Source: an uncultured Chthoniobacterales bacterium
GTDB lineage: Bacteria; Verrucomicrobiota; Verrucomicrobiia; Chthoniobacterales; JAATET01
Length of the DNA stretch: 64,000 nucleotides
Reading direction: 5' to 3'
NCBI GenBank assembly: GCA_964247025.1
Contig: CAXTSM010000004.1
Coordinates: 3,042 to 67,041, forward strand
Positions 1 to 8,666 of the stretch are shown here, piece by piece. The first letter of the stretch is position 1. Each line of letters starts with the position of its first letter. The notes below the pieces were generated by a model. That model was not told the origin of the DNA. It saw only the letters and a list, made by a program, of their open reading frames with translations, and searched no databases. Position numbers and translations under genes: made by a program.

Positions 1-91
1 GAAGGCGCTCGCGGTGAAGAATGCGGAAGCGGAAAAAAATGCGGGCCAGAAGGCGCGAAAGGTTCGCGAAGAACCAATAGGTGAATGTCAT
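1..91 (-). CDS. N-terminus (truncated by window edge) of probable 1-acyl-sn-glycerol-3-phosphate acyltransferase
   Basis: ATG at 91 overlaps the cmk stop (ATGA); reads MTFTYWFFANLSRLLARIFFRFRILHRERL, typical of PlsC-like N-termini that follow cmk. Confidence 0.5.
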   Translation of the reverse strand, partial: MTFTYWFFANLSRLLARIFFRFRILHRERL

Positions 92-738
92 TCTCGAGGA
101 CATGCGGAGAGACCTTTGGCGAGGAGGGCTTGGTGAACAACGGCAATGACTTCGTCCAGATCCAGTCTGGTCGTGTCGATGACGACGGCGTCCTTCGCGA
201 TCGTGAGAGGGGCGGTGTGGCGGGAGGAATCGATGCGGTCGCGAGCGGCGATTTCATCGCGTTGCCCCTGGGCGTTGCGGCGGGTTTGGCGGATCTCCGG
301 AGTGGCGTCGAGGTAAAATTTGAAGGGCGTTTCGGGGAAGACGATGGAGCCGATGTCGCGACCTTCGACGACGCAGTCGACGCTGGCGGCCAGATTTCGA
401 AATTCCTGGACCAGGCGCTCCCGCACGGCGGGCACGCTCGATACGGCGGAGACGGCGCGATTCACATTCTCGTGACGAAGTTCGTCGTGAGGGCGAAAGC
501 CGCCGATTTCGATGAACGAATGACGGTTTTCGAAGCCGGTGCGGAAATCGGCGTGCGCAGAGGCTTCGGCGACGGCGACGGCGGATTGCGGGTCGATTTG
601 CAAGCGGAGCACGTGCCAGGTGGCGGCGCGATACATGGCGCCGGTGTTGATGAAGGAGAAGCCGAGCTGACGGGCGAGACCGCGGGCGACGCTGCTTTTT
701 CCTGAAGCCGCCGGTCCGTCGATCGCGATAACCGTCAT
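88..738 (-). CDS. cmk: cytidylate kinase
   Basis: IAIDGPAASGKS P-loop, TGAMYRA, EGRDIG, RDRIDSSR; start moved to ATG 738 overlapping aroA stop. Confidence 0.95.
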   Translation of the reverse strand: MTVIAIDGPAASGKSSVARGLARQLGFSFINTGAMYRAATWHVLRLQIDPQSAVAVAEASAHADFRTGFENRHSFIEIGGFRPHDELRHENVNRAVSAVSSVPAVRERLVQEFRNLAASVDCVVEGRDIGSIVFPETPFKFYLDATPEIRQTRRNAQGQRDEIAARDRIDSSRHTAPLTIAKDAVVIDTTRLDLDEVIAVVHQALLAKGLSACPRE

Positions 739-2099
739 AGGGATCGGTCGGCGCGGATGCGCTGAACGCTGGCGCCGACGGTGCCGCGCGGTTCGGCGGA
801 TTTTTTGGGAACGGCTTTTCCGGCCCGGATCAGGCGCAGGGTCTCCTCGAAGGTCGGGTAGGAGGTCGCGACGCATTCGACATCCTCGATGATCGTTTCG
901 CCATCCGCAAAAAGGCCGGCGATGGCAAACGACATGGCGATGCGATGATCGCCGAAGCTGGGCAACGTGGCGCCGCGGAGCCGGGCGCCGCCGGTGATTT
1001 CCATGCCGTCGTCGAATTCCTCGACCTCGACGCCCATGGCGCGAAGGTTCCGCGCAATCGCGTCGATGCGATCGGTTTCCTTGACACGAAGCTCCCGGGC
1101 GCCGCGGATGGTGGTCTTCCCGGTCGCGAGCGCGGCGGCGACGGCGATGGCGGGGATTTCGTCGATCACGTTGGGAATCTCGTCGCCTTCGATCGTGGTG
1201 CCGTGGAGTTGCGCGCCGGTGATCTCAATGACGCCGCCGGGCTCGCCTTCGTCGGTGCCGACGATCTCGCGCAAGTGGGCGCCCATGCGGACAAGCACGC
1301 CCAGGATGCCGGTGCGGGTGGGATTGAGGCCAACGTTGTCGACGAGAAGGCGGGAACCGGGGCGGGAGGCGGCGGCGGCGAGCCAGAAGGCGGCGCTCGA
1401 GATGTCCCCGGGGACCTTGAAGTCGCGGGACTCGAGCGTCTGGCCGCCATGGATGGTGATTTCGTTGCCTTGGCGGATAGGGCGAACCTGGAAATATTCC
1501 AGCATGCGCTCGGTGTGATCGCGGGAAGGCGCGGGCTCAACGACGGTCGTTTTTCCAGACGCAAATAGCCCAGCGAGCAGGGTGGCGCTTTTGACCTGCG
1601 CGCTGGCGTGCGGCATTTCGTAGCGGATGCCGACGAGCGGGCCTCCTTCGATCACGAGCGGGAGCGTGTCGCGCTCGCCTTCGGCGGTGAGGCGGCCGCC
1701 CATTTGCGTGAGCGGACCGATGACGCGGCGCATGGGGCGTTTGGAGAGCGAGGCGTCGCCGGTCATGCGGGTGCGAAAGGGCTGCGCGGCGAGGATGCCG
1801 GAAAGCAGGCGGACCGTGGTGCCGGAGTTCCCGCAATCGAGGTCGGACGTCGGGGCGGTGAAACGGCCACGGGAGCCGTGAACGATGACGGTGCCGGGCT
1901 CGGGGTGTTCGATTTCGACGCCGAGCTTGCGCATGGCTTCCATCGTGGCCAGGCAGTCTTCCCCCTCGAGAAAGTTCGTGATGACGCACGGGCCGTTCGT
2001 GAGCGCGCCGAGCATGATGGCGCGATGGGAAATGCTTTTATCGCCGGGGACGACAATCTCGGCGGCAATGGTGGAGGATTTCGTGACCTTAAAATACAT
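735..2099 (-). CDS. aroA: 3-phosphoshikimate 1-carboxyvinyltransferase
   Basis: PGDKSISHRA, DCGNSGTT, SAQVKS, LRVKETDRI, GDHRIAM; start ATG 2099. Confidence 0.97.
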   Translation of the reverse strand: MYFKVTKSSTIAAEIVVPGDKSISHRAIMLGALTNGPCVITNFLEGEDCLATMEAMRKLGVEIEHPEPGTVIVHGSRGRFTAPTSDLDCGNSGTTVRLLSGILAAQPFRTRMTGDASLSKRPMRRVIGPLTQMGGRLTAEGERDTLPLVIEGGPLVGIRYEMPHASAQVKSATLLAGLFASGKTTVVEPAPSRDHTERMLEYFQVRPIRQGNEITIHGGQTLESRDFKVPGDISSAAFWLAAAASRPGSRLLVDNVGLNPTRTGILGVLVRMGAHLREIVGTDEGEPGGVIEITGAQLHGTTIEGDEIPNVIDEIPAIAVAAALATGKTTIRGARELRVKETDRIDAIARNLRAMGVEVEEFDDGMEITGGARLRGATLPSFGDHRIAMSFAIAGLFADGETIIEDVECVATSYPTFEETLRLIRAGKAVPKKSAEPRGTVGASVQRIRADRSL

Positions 2100-2943
2100 C
2101 GAATTGGTGCCGTGCGGAGTGACCCTCGGCGAGAAAGGCGGAGATGGTTTCCGCGTCGCCGGAGTCGAGCGCGGCGCGAAAATTTTGCAGAATTTCGGTG
2201 AATTCCGCAACCGAAGTCGAGAGCTCTTTGCGGTTCGCGAGCAGGATGCCGATCCAAAGTTCCGGCGAGCCCAGCGCGATGCGGGTGGTGTCCCGGTATC
2301 CGCCGCCGACGAGCTGGCTCCAATCGGGCACCGTCCGCGCGATGGAGGTGGCGAGGGCGCTGGCGACCGCATGCGGCAGGTGACTGGTCCGGGCGAGGGC
2401 GGCGTCGTGCTCGTGGGGCGACATCTCCCGGAGACGACAGCCGACGGCCTGCCATAAGGCTCGGACGCCGCCGAGCGCGTCGTCGTCCGTTTGCGATGTC
2501 GGGGTCAGCACGCAGGTCGCGCCTTCGTAAAGATCGGCCGAGGCGGCTTGGATCCCGCTCCGATCGGAGCCGGCGACGGGATGCGCGCCGACGAAGCGAC
2601 CGGCGAGAATCGGCTCGCATGCCGCCACCACGCCGCCCTTGACGCTTCCGGCGTCGGTGACAAAGGCGCCTGGATCGAGATGGGGGGCGATGGCTCGGGC
2701 GAGGTCCGGCATGATCTCCACGGGAGTGCAGAAAACGATGCTCCGGGCGCCGCCGACGATGGTGCCGAGGTCGGAACTTACCGCCCGGGCAAACCCAAGG
2801 CGACGGATGGCCTCGAACGCCCGGTCAGCGCGCCCCCACACGCGCACCTCGACATTTGGGCAGCGGTGCTGGAGCGCGAGACCGAGCGATCCTCCGATGA
2901 GGCCGGGACCGAGGATGGCGACCGGACCAAAGGGATCCGCCAT
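2089..2943 (-). CDS. tyrA: prephenate/arogenate dehydrogenase
   Basis: GPGLIGGS Rossmann motif, DAGSVK, HPVAG, HD..A..SHLPH, DTTRIA. Confidence 0.9.
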   Translation of the reverse strand: MADPFGPVAILGPGLIGGSLGLALQHRCPNVEVRVWGRADRAFEAIRRLGFARAVSSDLGTIVGGARSIVFCTPVEIMPDLARAIAPHLDPGAFVTDAGSVKGGVVAACEPILAGRFVGAHPVAGSDRSGIQAASADLYEGATCVLTPTSQTDDDALGGVRALWQAVGCRLREMSPHEHDAALARTSHLPHAVASALATSIARTVPDWSQLVGGGYRDTTRIALGSPELWIGILLANRKELSTSVAEFTEILQNFRAALDSGDAETISAFLAEGHSARHQFDVF

Positions 2944-2963
2944 GCTTCGGGGAGCCGGCGTGC

Positions 2964-3374
2964 TCAGGGGACGAGGAAAATCTTGCCCGAATAGGGGTCC
3001 TTGACTTCGGTGTTCGGAGGGAAGCCGCGGACGTCGACGTAACCGGCGTAAGGGGCGTGCGGGCTGGTCACGAAGCCGGCTTTACCGGGAACCGGGGTGC
3101 CGTAGGGCAGATTCCGCTCGGTCGTCGTCGCGGTTGTCGCCGGGGTCGGGGCCGGCGCAATCTCGGTCGTCAAAGGCGTCGGCTCGGGGGTTGGGGAGGC
3201 GTCCACCCCGGGAACGATATCGGTCGCCATGCCGGGAGTGGCCTGCTGGTAGCCATAATTGTTCGTGCCCGTTTGGGCGGCGGTGGTGGGTTTGCGCGGA
3301 CGGGATTCTTCCTCGCAGGCGGCGAGCAGCACGAGAGCGAAGGTTGCCGGAATGATCAACGAGGAGATTTTCAT
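2964..3374 (-). CDS. lipoprotein with Pro/Thr-rich linker and compact C-terminal domain
   Basis: lipobox LLAAC; P/T/A-rich middle; C-terminal PVPGKAGFVTSPHAP...DPYSGKIFLVP. Confidence 0.75.
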   Translation of the reverse strand: MKISSLIIPATFALVLLAACEEESRPRKPTTAAQTGTNNYGYQQATPGMATDIVPGVDASPTPEPTPLTTEIAPAPTPATTATTTERNLPYGTPVPGKAGFVTSPHAPYAGYVDVRGFPPNTEVKDPYSGKIFLVP

Positions 3375-3419
3375 AGGTCTTGGCTACGCGAGATAGAGAT
3401 CATTTTTTGGGATCGAACT

Positions 3420-4118
3420 TCAATTCCTTTTTGGGGAAAGCGCGTCATTCCCAGGAATTTCCGCGGATTTGGCCGGTGGCGGCGCCCAAGCGACCGCGCC
3501 GGGCGGGGTTTTTTCGAAATAACGGAGCGCCTCGATGGGGCGTTCGTAGGCCTTGAGCGGATAGATGCCTTGCGCGCCGGGCGCTCCCGGATCGCGGATC
3601 AGATAATCGAAACCGCGCTTGCCGACGATGACGACGAAATGCGTGCCGCCGGCCGGGTGGCGGATGCGCACGATGACCGGGTTCCCAGCCAGCAAGTTTC
3701 GGTCGATCAACGCGTAGGACGGTTGGTCTTCGTATGCTTTGCGGGCGATGGCCGGGGGATACGCGGCGGCGGCTTCCCAATACAGCCACCCTTCCGGCGT
3801 GTAGCCGGCGTGTTGGGTGGCGAAGGCGTTCAGGCGGCCTGGGTCGACATCGGCGCCGTAGCTCGCGATCACCATGGCGGCGGAAGTGACGGCGCAACCC
3901 TCGGCCCCCATCGTCGTGGGGGTGGAGCCCAGCGGATCGCGGGACCAACGGGGGTCGCCCTGGAAAAATTGCGGAACCGGAAGAATTTTTTCCACCATGA
4001 AATACAATCCGCCACTGGGAGCGAGAGATGGCCGGGGACTGAGCCAATCCCACGCGAAAAATCCCGCGGCCCCCAGAAGTCCGAAGGCAGCCAGGCCGAA
4101 AATGCGCCTTGCGGTCAT
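3420..4118 (-). CDS. C39-like cysteine peptidase
   Basis: Q.DPRW, GCAVTSAAM (Cys), HFVVIVG (His), IRDP (Asp); N-terminal hydrophobic anchor. Confidence 0.75.
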   Translation of the reverse strand: MTARRIFGLAAFGLLGAAGFFAWDWLSPRPSLAPSGGLYFMVEKILPVPQFFQGDPRWSRDPLGSTPTTMGAEGCAVTSAAMVIASYGADVDPGRLNAFATQHAGYTPEGWLYWEAAAAYPPAIARKAYEDQPSYALIDRNLLAGNPVIVRIRHPAGGTHFVVIVGKRGFDYLIRDPGAPGAQGIYPLKAYERPIEALRYFEKTPPGAVAWAPPPAKSAEIPGNDALSPKRN

Positions 4119-4151
4119 GGAACCAGCGTATTTCTTGGGTGCCGGGTCTCA

Positions 4152-4904
4152 ATGAGAATTATTTCTTTTCTACTGGCGGTCCTTTTTTCGGTGCGTGCGG
4201 CGACGGCGGCGGATTGGAACGCGGAGGTGGTGGCGGCGACCCGGGCGATCCCGCCGGGCGGCGGCTACGCGGCCACGAGTCAGGCCGGGGCGCGACTGCG
4301 GGACGCGGTGAGCCTCGAGGCGGGCAACGTGAAGGTGAATCCTTCGGCGGCGCGGCCCAGCTATTGCTCCGGCGCGACCTATCTGGTGCTGTTGAAGGTC
4401 GTCGAGCGCGCCCAGGCGGCGGGGAATTTGCGACTGGATGCACAGGCGCTGGCGGCGCTTCCTCCGGCGATGCAGCAAGACGGACAGGGCGTCTGGGGAC
4501 GTTGGAACGCGAACGGTCCGGGCACCGCGCGGTTGTTTTACGAATTGAGCCTGGGGCGAAACTTCATCGACTGGCACGAGGCGCGGGCGGGGGATTTCCT
4601 GAAAATCTTCTGGCGGGATGCGGTGGGGGCGAAGGAACGGGGGCACTCCGTCGTGTATCTGGGAACGGAGTCGCGCGGGGGCTTGGAGTTCGTTCGGTAT
4701 TGGTCGAGCAACCAACCCGGCGGGATCGGGGAAAAGATGGTGGAGAAGTCCAAAATCGCGCGCGCGCTCTTCTCGCGCCTGGAACACCCTGAGCGGCTGG
4801 CGGACGTAAGCGGATTGAAGGCGACCGATCCGTACCTCGCGAGCTTGCTGGAGCGGGAGTCCAGTTTCGCCCAGGCGTGCGCGAAATCGGGCGTCGGGCC
4901 GTGA
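4152..4904 (+). CDS. secreted protein, possible NlpC/P60-like (papain fold) hydrolase
   Basis: signal peptide MRIISFLLAVLFSVRAATA; YCSG and GHSVVYLG resemble NlpC/P60 Cys and His motifs. Confidence 0.6.
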   Translation: MRIISFLLAVLFSVRAATAADWNAEVVAATRAIPPGGGYAATSQAGARLRDAVSLEAGNVKVNPSAARPSYCSGATYLVLLKVVERAQAAGNLRLDAQALAALPPAMQQDGQGVWGRWNANGPGTARLFYELSLGRNFIDWHEARAGDFLKIFWRDAVGAKERGHSVVYLGTESRGGLEFVRYWSSNQPGGIGEKMVEKSKIARALFSRLEHPERLADVSGLKATDPYLASLLERESSFAQACAKSGVGP

Positions 4905-5903
4905 TCAGCGGTTTGCCGCCTGGTCGCCGAACGTGCGACGCAGAACATCCTCGATCGGCATTTCCCGCACGGAAAGATCGGCGACGCGGGCTCGCTTGAG
5001 GATTTCCCGGCAGGTCTCGGCGACTCGATGCCGGTCCACTTCGATGCGGAGCCGCCTTGGCGTGGACTCGAGGACGCGGCCCAGTCCCGGGAAGCGATCG
5101 GAGCAAGGCGCGTCGAAGTCGACCTCGACGATCTTCGTTCCGGCGAAGCGCTCGATCACTGCCTCCAGTGGCCCGTCGAAGAAGATCTTCCCGTGATCGA
5201 TGAGGATCACCCGCTCGCAGAGTTCCACGATGTCCTGCATGTAATGGCTGGTGAGCAGGATCGTGATGCGGCTGCCCTCGTTGTAGGCCTTCAGGAACTC
5301 GCGCACTTTTTTCTGGCTGATCACGTCCAGGCCGATGGTGGGCTCGTCGAGGAACAAAACCTTCGGATGGTGCAGCAGCGCGGCGATGAGCTCGAACTTC
5401 ATTCGCTCGCCCAGGCTCAGCTCCCGCACCATCACCCCGAGTTTGTCCCGCACGTCGAGCATGGCCGTCAATTCTCCGACCGTGCGTTCGAAATCCGCGC
5501 GCTCGATGCCGTAGATCGCACGATTCAACTCGAGGGATTCCCGCGCGGGAAGATCCCACCAGAGCGCGTTCTTCTGGCCCATCAGCAGGCTGAACTGGCG
5601 CTTCATCGCGTTGCGGCGCTCCCAGGGCACGAACCCCAGCACGCTCCCGCCGCCCCCGCTCGGCTGCACGAGGCCGGAGAGCATTTTCAGCGTGGTCGTT
5701 TTGCCCGCGCCGTTCGAGCCGAGGAAGCCCACGAACTCGCCCGGTTCGACGGAAAAGGTGACGCCGTCGACCGCGGCGATTTCATCGTAGCGCCGGTGAA
5801 AAAGCCCCTTGATCGCTCCGAGCACGCCGGGTTCCTTTCGATAGACGCGATAGACCTTGCGGAGGTCATGGGCTTCGACGGCGGGCACGGGATGATCGAT
5901 CAT
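4905..5903 (-). CDS. ABC-2 type transporter ATP-binding protein
   Basis: Walker A GSNGAGKTT, signature LSLGERM, Walker B LFLDEPT, H-loop TSH. Confidence 0.92.
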   Translation of the reverse strand: MIDHPVPAVEAHDLRKVYRVYRKEPGVLGAIKGLFHRRYDEIAAVDGVTFSVEPGEFVGFLGSNGAGKTTTLKMLSGLVQPSGGGGSVLGFVPWERRNAMKRQFSLLMGQKNALWWDLPARESLELNRAIYGIERADFERTVGELTAMLDVRDKLGVMVRELSLGERMKFELIAALLHHPKVLFLDEPTIGLDVISQKKVREFLKAYNEGSRITILLTSHYMQDIVELCERVILIDHGKIFFDGPLEAVIERFAGTKIVEVDFDAPCSDRFPGLGRVLESTPRRLRIEVDRHRVAETCREILKRARVADLSVREMPIEDVLRRTFGDQAANR

Positions 5904-6370
5904 GGGATCGAGCGGGAACGCGCGGTCAACTGGCGCTTCGCTTCATAAAGCGCGATGCCGGCGGATGTGGCAAGATTCAGGCTGCGCGCAGCGGGCGTCA
6001 TCGGAATCGTCAGGCAATCCTCTCTCCGGTCCGCGAGCAAGGATTCCGGCAACCCCTTGGTCTCCCGGCCGAAGACGAGGTGGTCGCCATCGGCAAACGT
6101 CGCATCCCAAAGACATCGGGTCGTCTTCGTGGTGAAAAAGTAGAAACGCGCATTCGGTTCGGCGTCGAGCTCGAGGGCCGGCAGGCCCGGCCAGGTCCGC
6201 ACGTCCACTTCCTTCCAGTAATCCATCCCCGCGCGTCGCAGCGCCCGATCGTCGAGCGAAAAACCGAGGGGCTCGACCAGATGGAGTCTTGCGCCCGCCG
6301 CGAGGCAGAGCCGGGCGATGTTGCCGGTGTTGGGGGGGATTTCCGGCTCGACCAGGACCACGTGCAACAT
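5900..6370 (-). CDS. trmL: tRNA (cytidine/uridine-34 2'-O)-methyltransferase, SpoU family
   Basis: PEIPPNTGNI, RRAGMDYW, FGRETKGLP, RSLNL. Confidence 0.93.
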   Translation of the reverse strand: MLHVVLVEPEIPPNTGNIARLCLAAGARLHLVEPLGFSLDDRALRRAGMDYWKEVDVRTWPGLPALELDAEPNARFYFFTTKTTRCLWDATFADGDHLVFGRETKGLPESLLADRREDCLTIPMTPAARSLNLATSAGIALYEAKRQLTARSRSIP

Positions 6371-6470
6371 TTCGCGACCCTATCGATCGCGGCAATAATG
6401 GCAAACCGTTCGACTCCCGCGCGATTTTCGTGTATGGGAGTCGCCGGGTCCCGTCTCCGCGGGAAAAATC

Positions 6471-6872
6471 ATGAACAACCTCCGGCAACATCTGATCGGC
6501 GTCACGCTCGTTGTTTGCGGCCTGGCTCTCTCGACCGCCCAGGCAACCCCGAACGATATCTTGCGCAAACGGGTCGCGTTTTTGACCAATCAACTCGTCC
6601 ACCTCCCGGCTCGCCGATCAGCGCCGGCCCACGTTTCGCAGCTGGTGCTGAAGCTGTCCCAACTCGCGCCCCAGTACGCGAACTCCTATTTCCGTTGGGG
6701 CATCAGCAAGTTGCCGTATCGGGAATATAACGACAACCAGACGCAAATGGCGAACAAGACCATCTCGATCGTGAACGCATCGATCCTGCTCGGGAAAAAG
6801 AAATCGCAAATCATCGTGCAGATCCAGTATGCCGTGAAGCGGAGCGCCGTTCCGCCGCCCTATCAGGCCTGA
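6471..6872 (+). CDS. small basic secreted protein ending PPPYQA (paralog of 10048..10494)
   Basis: signal peptide with AQA cleavage site; colinear similarity to 10048..10494. Confidence 0.8.
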   Translation: MNNLRQHLIGVTLVVCGLALSTAQATPNDILRKRVAFLTNQLVHLPARRSAPAHVSQLVLKLSQLAPQYANSYFRWGISKLPYREYNDNQTQMANKTISIVNASILLGKKKSQIIVQIQYAVKRSAVPPPYQA

Positions 6873-6936
6873 GCGCCCGACCGGCTTCGGTGCAGGATCG
6901 GCGGGGCGGATGCCCTTGGCGGCCGACGGCGCAATG

Positions 6937-7008
6937 GCCCCCGTAGTTCAACGGATAGAACGGAGGTTTCCTAAACCTTAAATCCGGGTTCGATTCCCGG
7001 CGGGGGCA
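6937..7008 (+). tRNA. tRNA-Arg (anticodon CCT)
   Basis: acceptor GCCCCCG/CGGGGGC, D arm GTTC..GAAC, anticodon loop TTCCTAA, T arm GGTTCGATTCC, discriminator A; CCA not encoded. Confidence 0.95.
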
Positions 7009-7129
7009 TCGCCTTCATGCCGCGACCGGCGCGATCGCCGGGGAAAAGCGCCCTCGTCTGGCGGGCACCACCGGATCGACGGCAGGTTTGCTTGCGTCGA
7101 AGACGGACATCACGTTCTCATGGCCTTTC

Positions 7130-7729
7130 GTGAGCACGCCGGAAAATATCCATCCCCAGTTCCATCGATTTCTTGCTTCCGAGGACAAGGGGCGATTGCT
7201 CGGGCAAAGGGGCGTGGTCGCCTGGCTCGTCGGGCTCTCGGGATCCGGCAAGTCGACCATTGCGGCTGCCACCGAGCGGGCACTGCACGGCGAAGGCCGC
7301 TTCACCGTCATTCTCGACGGGGACAATTTGCGGTCCGGGCTGAATTCCGATCTGAAATTCTCGGACGAGGATCGGCGGGAAAACATCCGGCGAGTGGCGG
7401 AAGTGGCCCGACTCTTCTCGGAGCAGGGAATCATCACGCTGGTGTCGCTGATCACGCCGCGGGAGGAATTCCGCGGCGCGGCGAAGCGGATCGTCGGTCC
7501 GGCCTACGTGGAGGTTTACGTGAAGGCGCCCTTCGAGCTTTGCGCGCAACGCGATCCCAAGGGTCTTTACAAAAAAGCGGCGGCGGGCGCGATCGCGCAT
7601 TTCACCGGACGCGACAGTGGCTTCGAGGAGCCGATTTCGCCGAATCTTGTGCTGGACACCGCCACCGCCTCCGTGGAGGAATGCACGGCTCATTTGGTCG
7701 CCATTTTGCGCAACCGTTTCGCGGTTTAG
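7130..7729 (+). CDS. cysC: adenylyl-sulfate kinase
   Basis: GLSGSGKST, LDGDNLR, RRENIRR, RDPKGLY, FTG..S.FE.P; start (GTG 7130) uncertain. Confidence 0.93.
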   Translation: MSTPENIHPQFHRFLASEDKGRLLGQRGVVAWLVGLSGSGKSTIAAATERALHGEGRFTVILDGDNLRSGLNSDLKFSDEDRRENIRRVAEVARLFSEQGIITLVSLITPREEFRGAAKRIVGPAYVEVYVKAPFELCAQRDPKGLYKKAAAGAIAHFTGRDSGFEEPISPNLVLDTATASVEECTAHLVAILRNRFAV

Positions 7730-7760
7730 ACCGCGAGCTCCGCGCCGTGACCCCATCCGT

Positions 7761-8666
7761 ATGCCCGATTATAATCTCAGCCACCTTGCGCAGCTCGAAG
7801 CCGAGGCCATCTATGTGCTTCGCGAGACGGCCGCCCAATTCCACCGGCCCGCGCTTCTTTTTTCGGGCGGGAAGGATTCCATCCTGATGGCGCACCTTGC
7901 GCGCAAGGCCTTCTGGCCCGCACGAGTTCCCTTTCCGCTCGTGCATGTCGACACCGGGCATAATTTTCCCGAGACGATCGCCTACCGTGATGAATACGTT
8001 TCCGCGCTCGGGGCGGAACTGATCGTGGGCTCGGTGCAGGCGTCCATCGATGCCGGGCGCGTCGTCGAGGAAAAGGGACCGAACGCCTCCCGCAACAAAC
8101 TCCAGACCGTCACGCTGCTGGACACCATCGAGGCCCACCAATACGACGCCTGCCTCGGCGGCGGACGACGGGACGAAGAGAAGGCCCGCGCCAAGGAAAG
8201 GTTCTTTTCCCACCGGGACGAGTTCGGCCAATGGGACCCGAAGAACCAGCGGCCCGAGTTGTGGAATCTCTTCAACGGCCGCCGTCAGCAGGGCGAGCAT
8301 TTCCGCGTGTTTCCACTTTCCAACTTCACCGAAATGGACGTGTGGCTTTACATCCAGCAGGAAAAGATTCCGCTGCCGAGCCTCTACTTTTCCCACGCGC
8401 GCGATGTTTTCCTCCGCGGGGGAAGTCTGCTCGCCGTGACGGACTTCGTGACCGTCCAGCCGGGAGAGACCGTGGAGCGGAAGACCGTGCGCTTCCGCAC
8501 CATCGGCGACGCGACGTGCACCGGCGCCGTCGAGTCCGTCGCGGCCACGCTCGATGACATCATCGAAGAGGTCGCGGCCTCGCGCCAGACGGAGCGGGGC
8601 ACCCGCACCGACGACAAACGCTCCGAGACCGCCATGGAGGACCGCAAGCGCGAGGGTTATTTCTGA
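7761..8666 (+). CDS. cysD: sulfate adenylyltransferase subunit 2
   Basis: LFSGGKDS, HVDTG, RRDEEKARAKER, WDPKNQRPELW, ends KREGYF. Confidence 0.97.
   Translation: MPDYNLSHLAQLEAEAIYVLRETAAQFHRPALLFSGGKDSILMAHLARKAFWPARVPFPLVHVDTGHNFPETIAYRDEYVSALGAELIVGSVQASIDAGRVVEEKGPNASRNKLQTVTLLDTIEAHQYDACLGGGRRDEEKARAKERFFSHRDEFGQWDPKNQRPELWNLFNGRRQQGEHFRVFPLSNFTEMDVWLYIQQEKIPLPSLYFSHARDVFLRGGSLLAVTDFVTVQPGETVERKTVRFRTIGDATCTGAVESVAATLDDIIEEVAASRQTERGTRTDDKRSETAMEDRKREGYF

Noticed and set aside
3057..4151. Long N-terminal extension of the 4904-ending ORF
   Set aside because: Overlaps two real minus-strand genes; the signal peptide begins at ATG 4152
6400..6445. GGCAAACC resembling a c-di-GMP-I riboswitch start
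   Set aside because: No GAAA tetraloop, GACGCAAAGC or receptor stem follows
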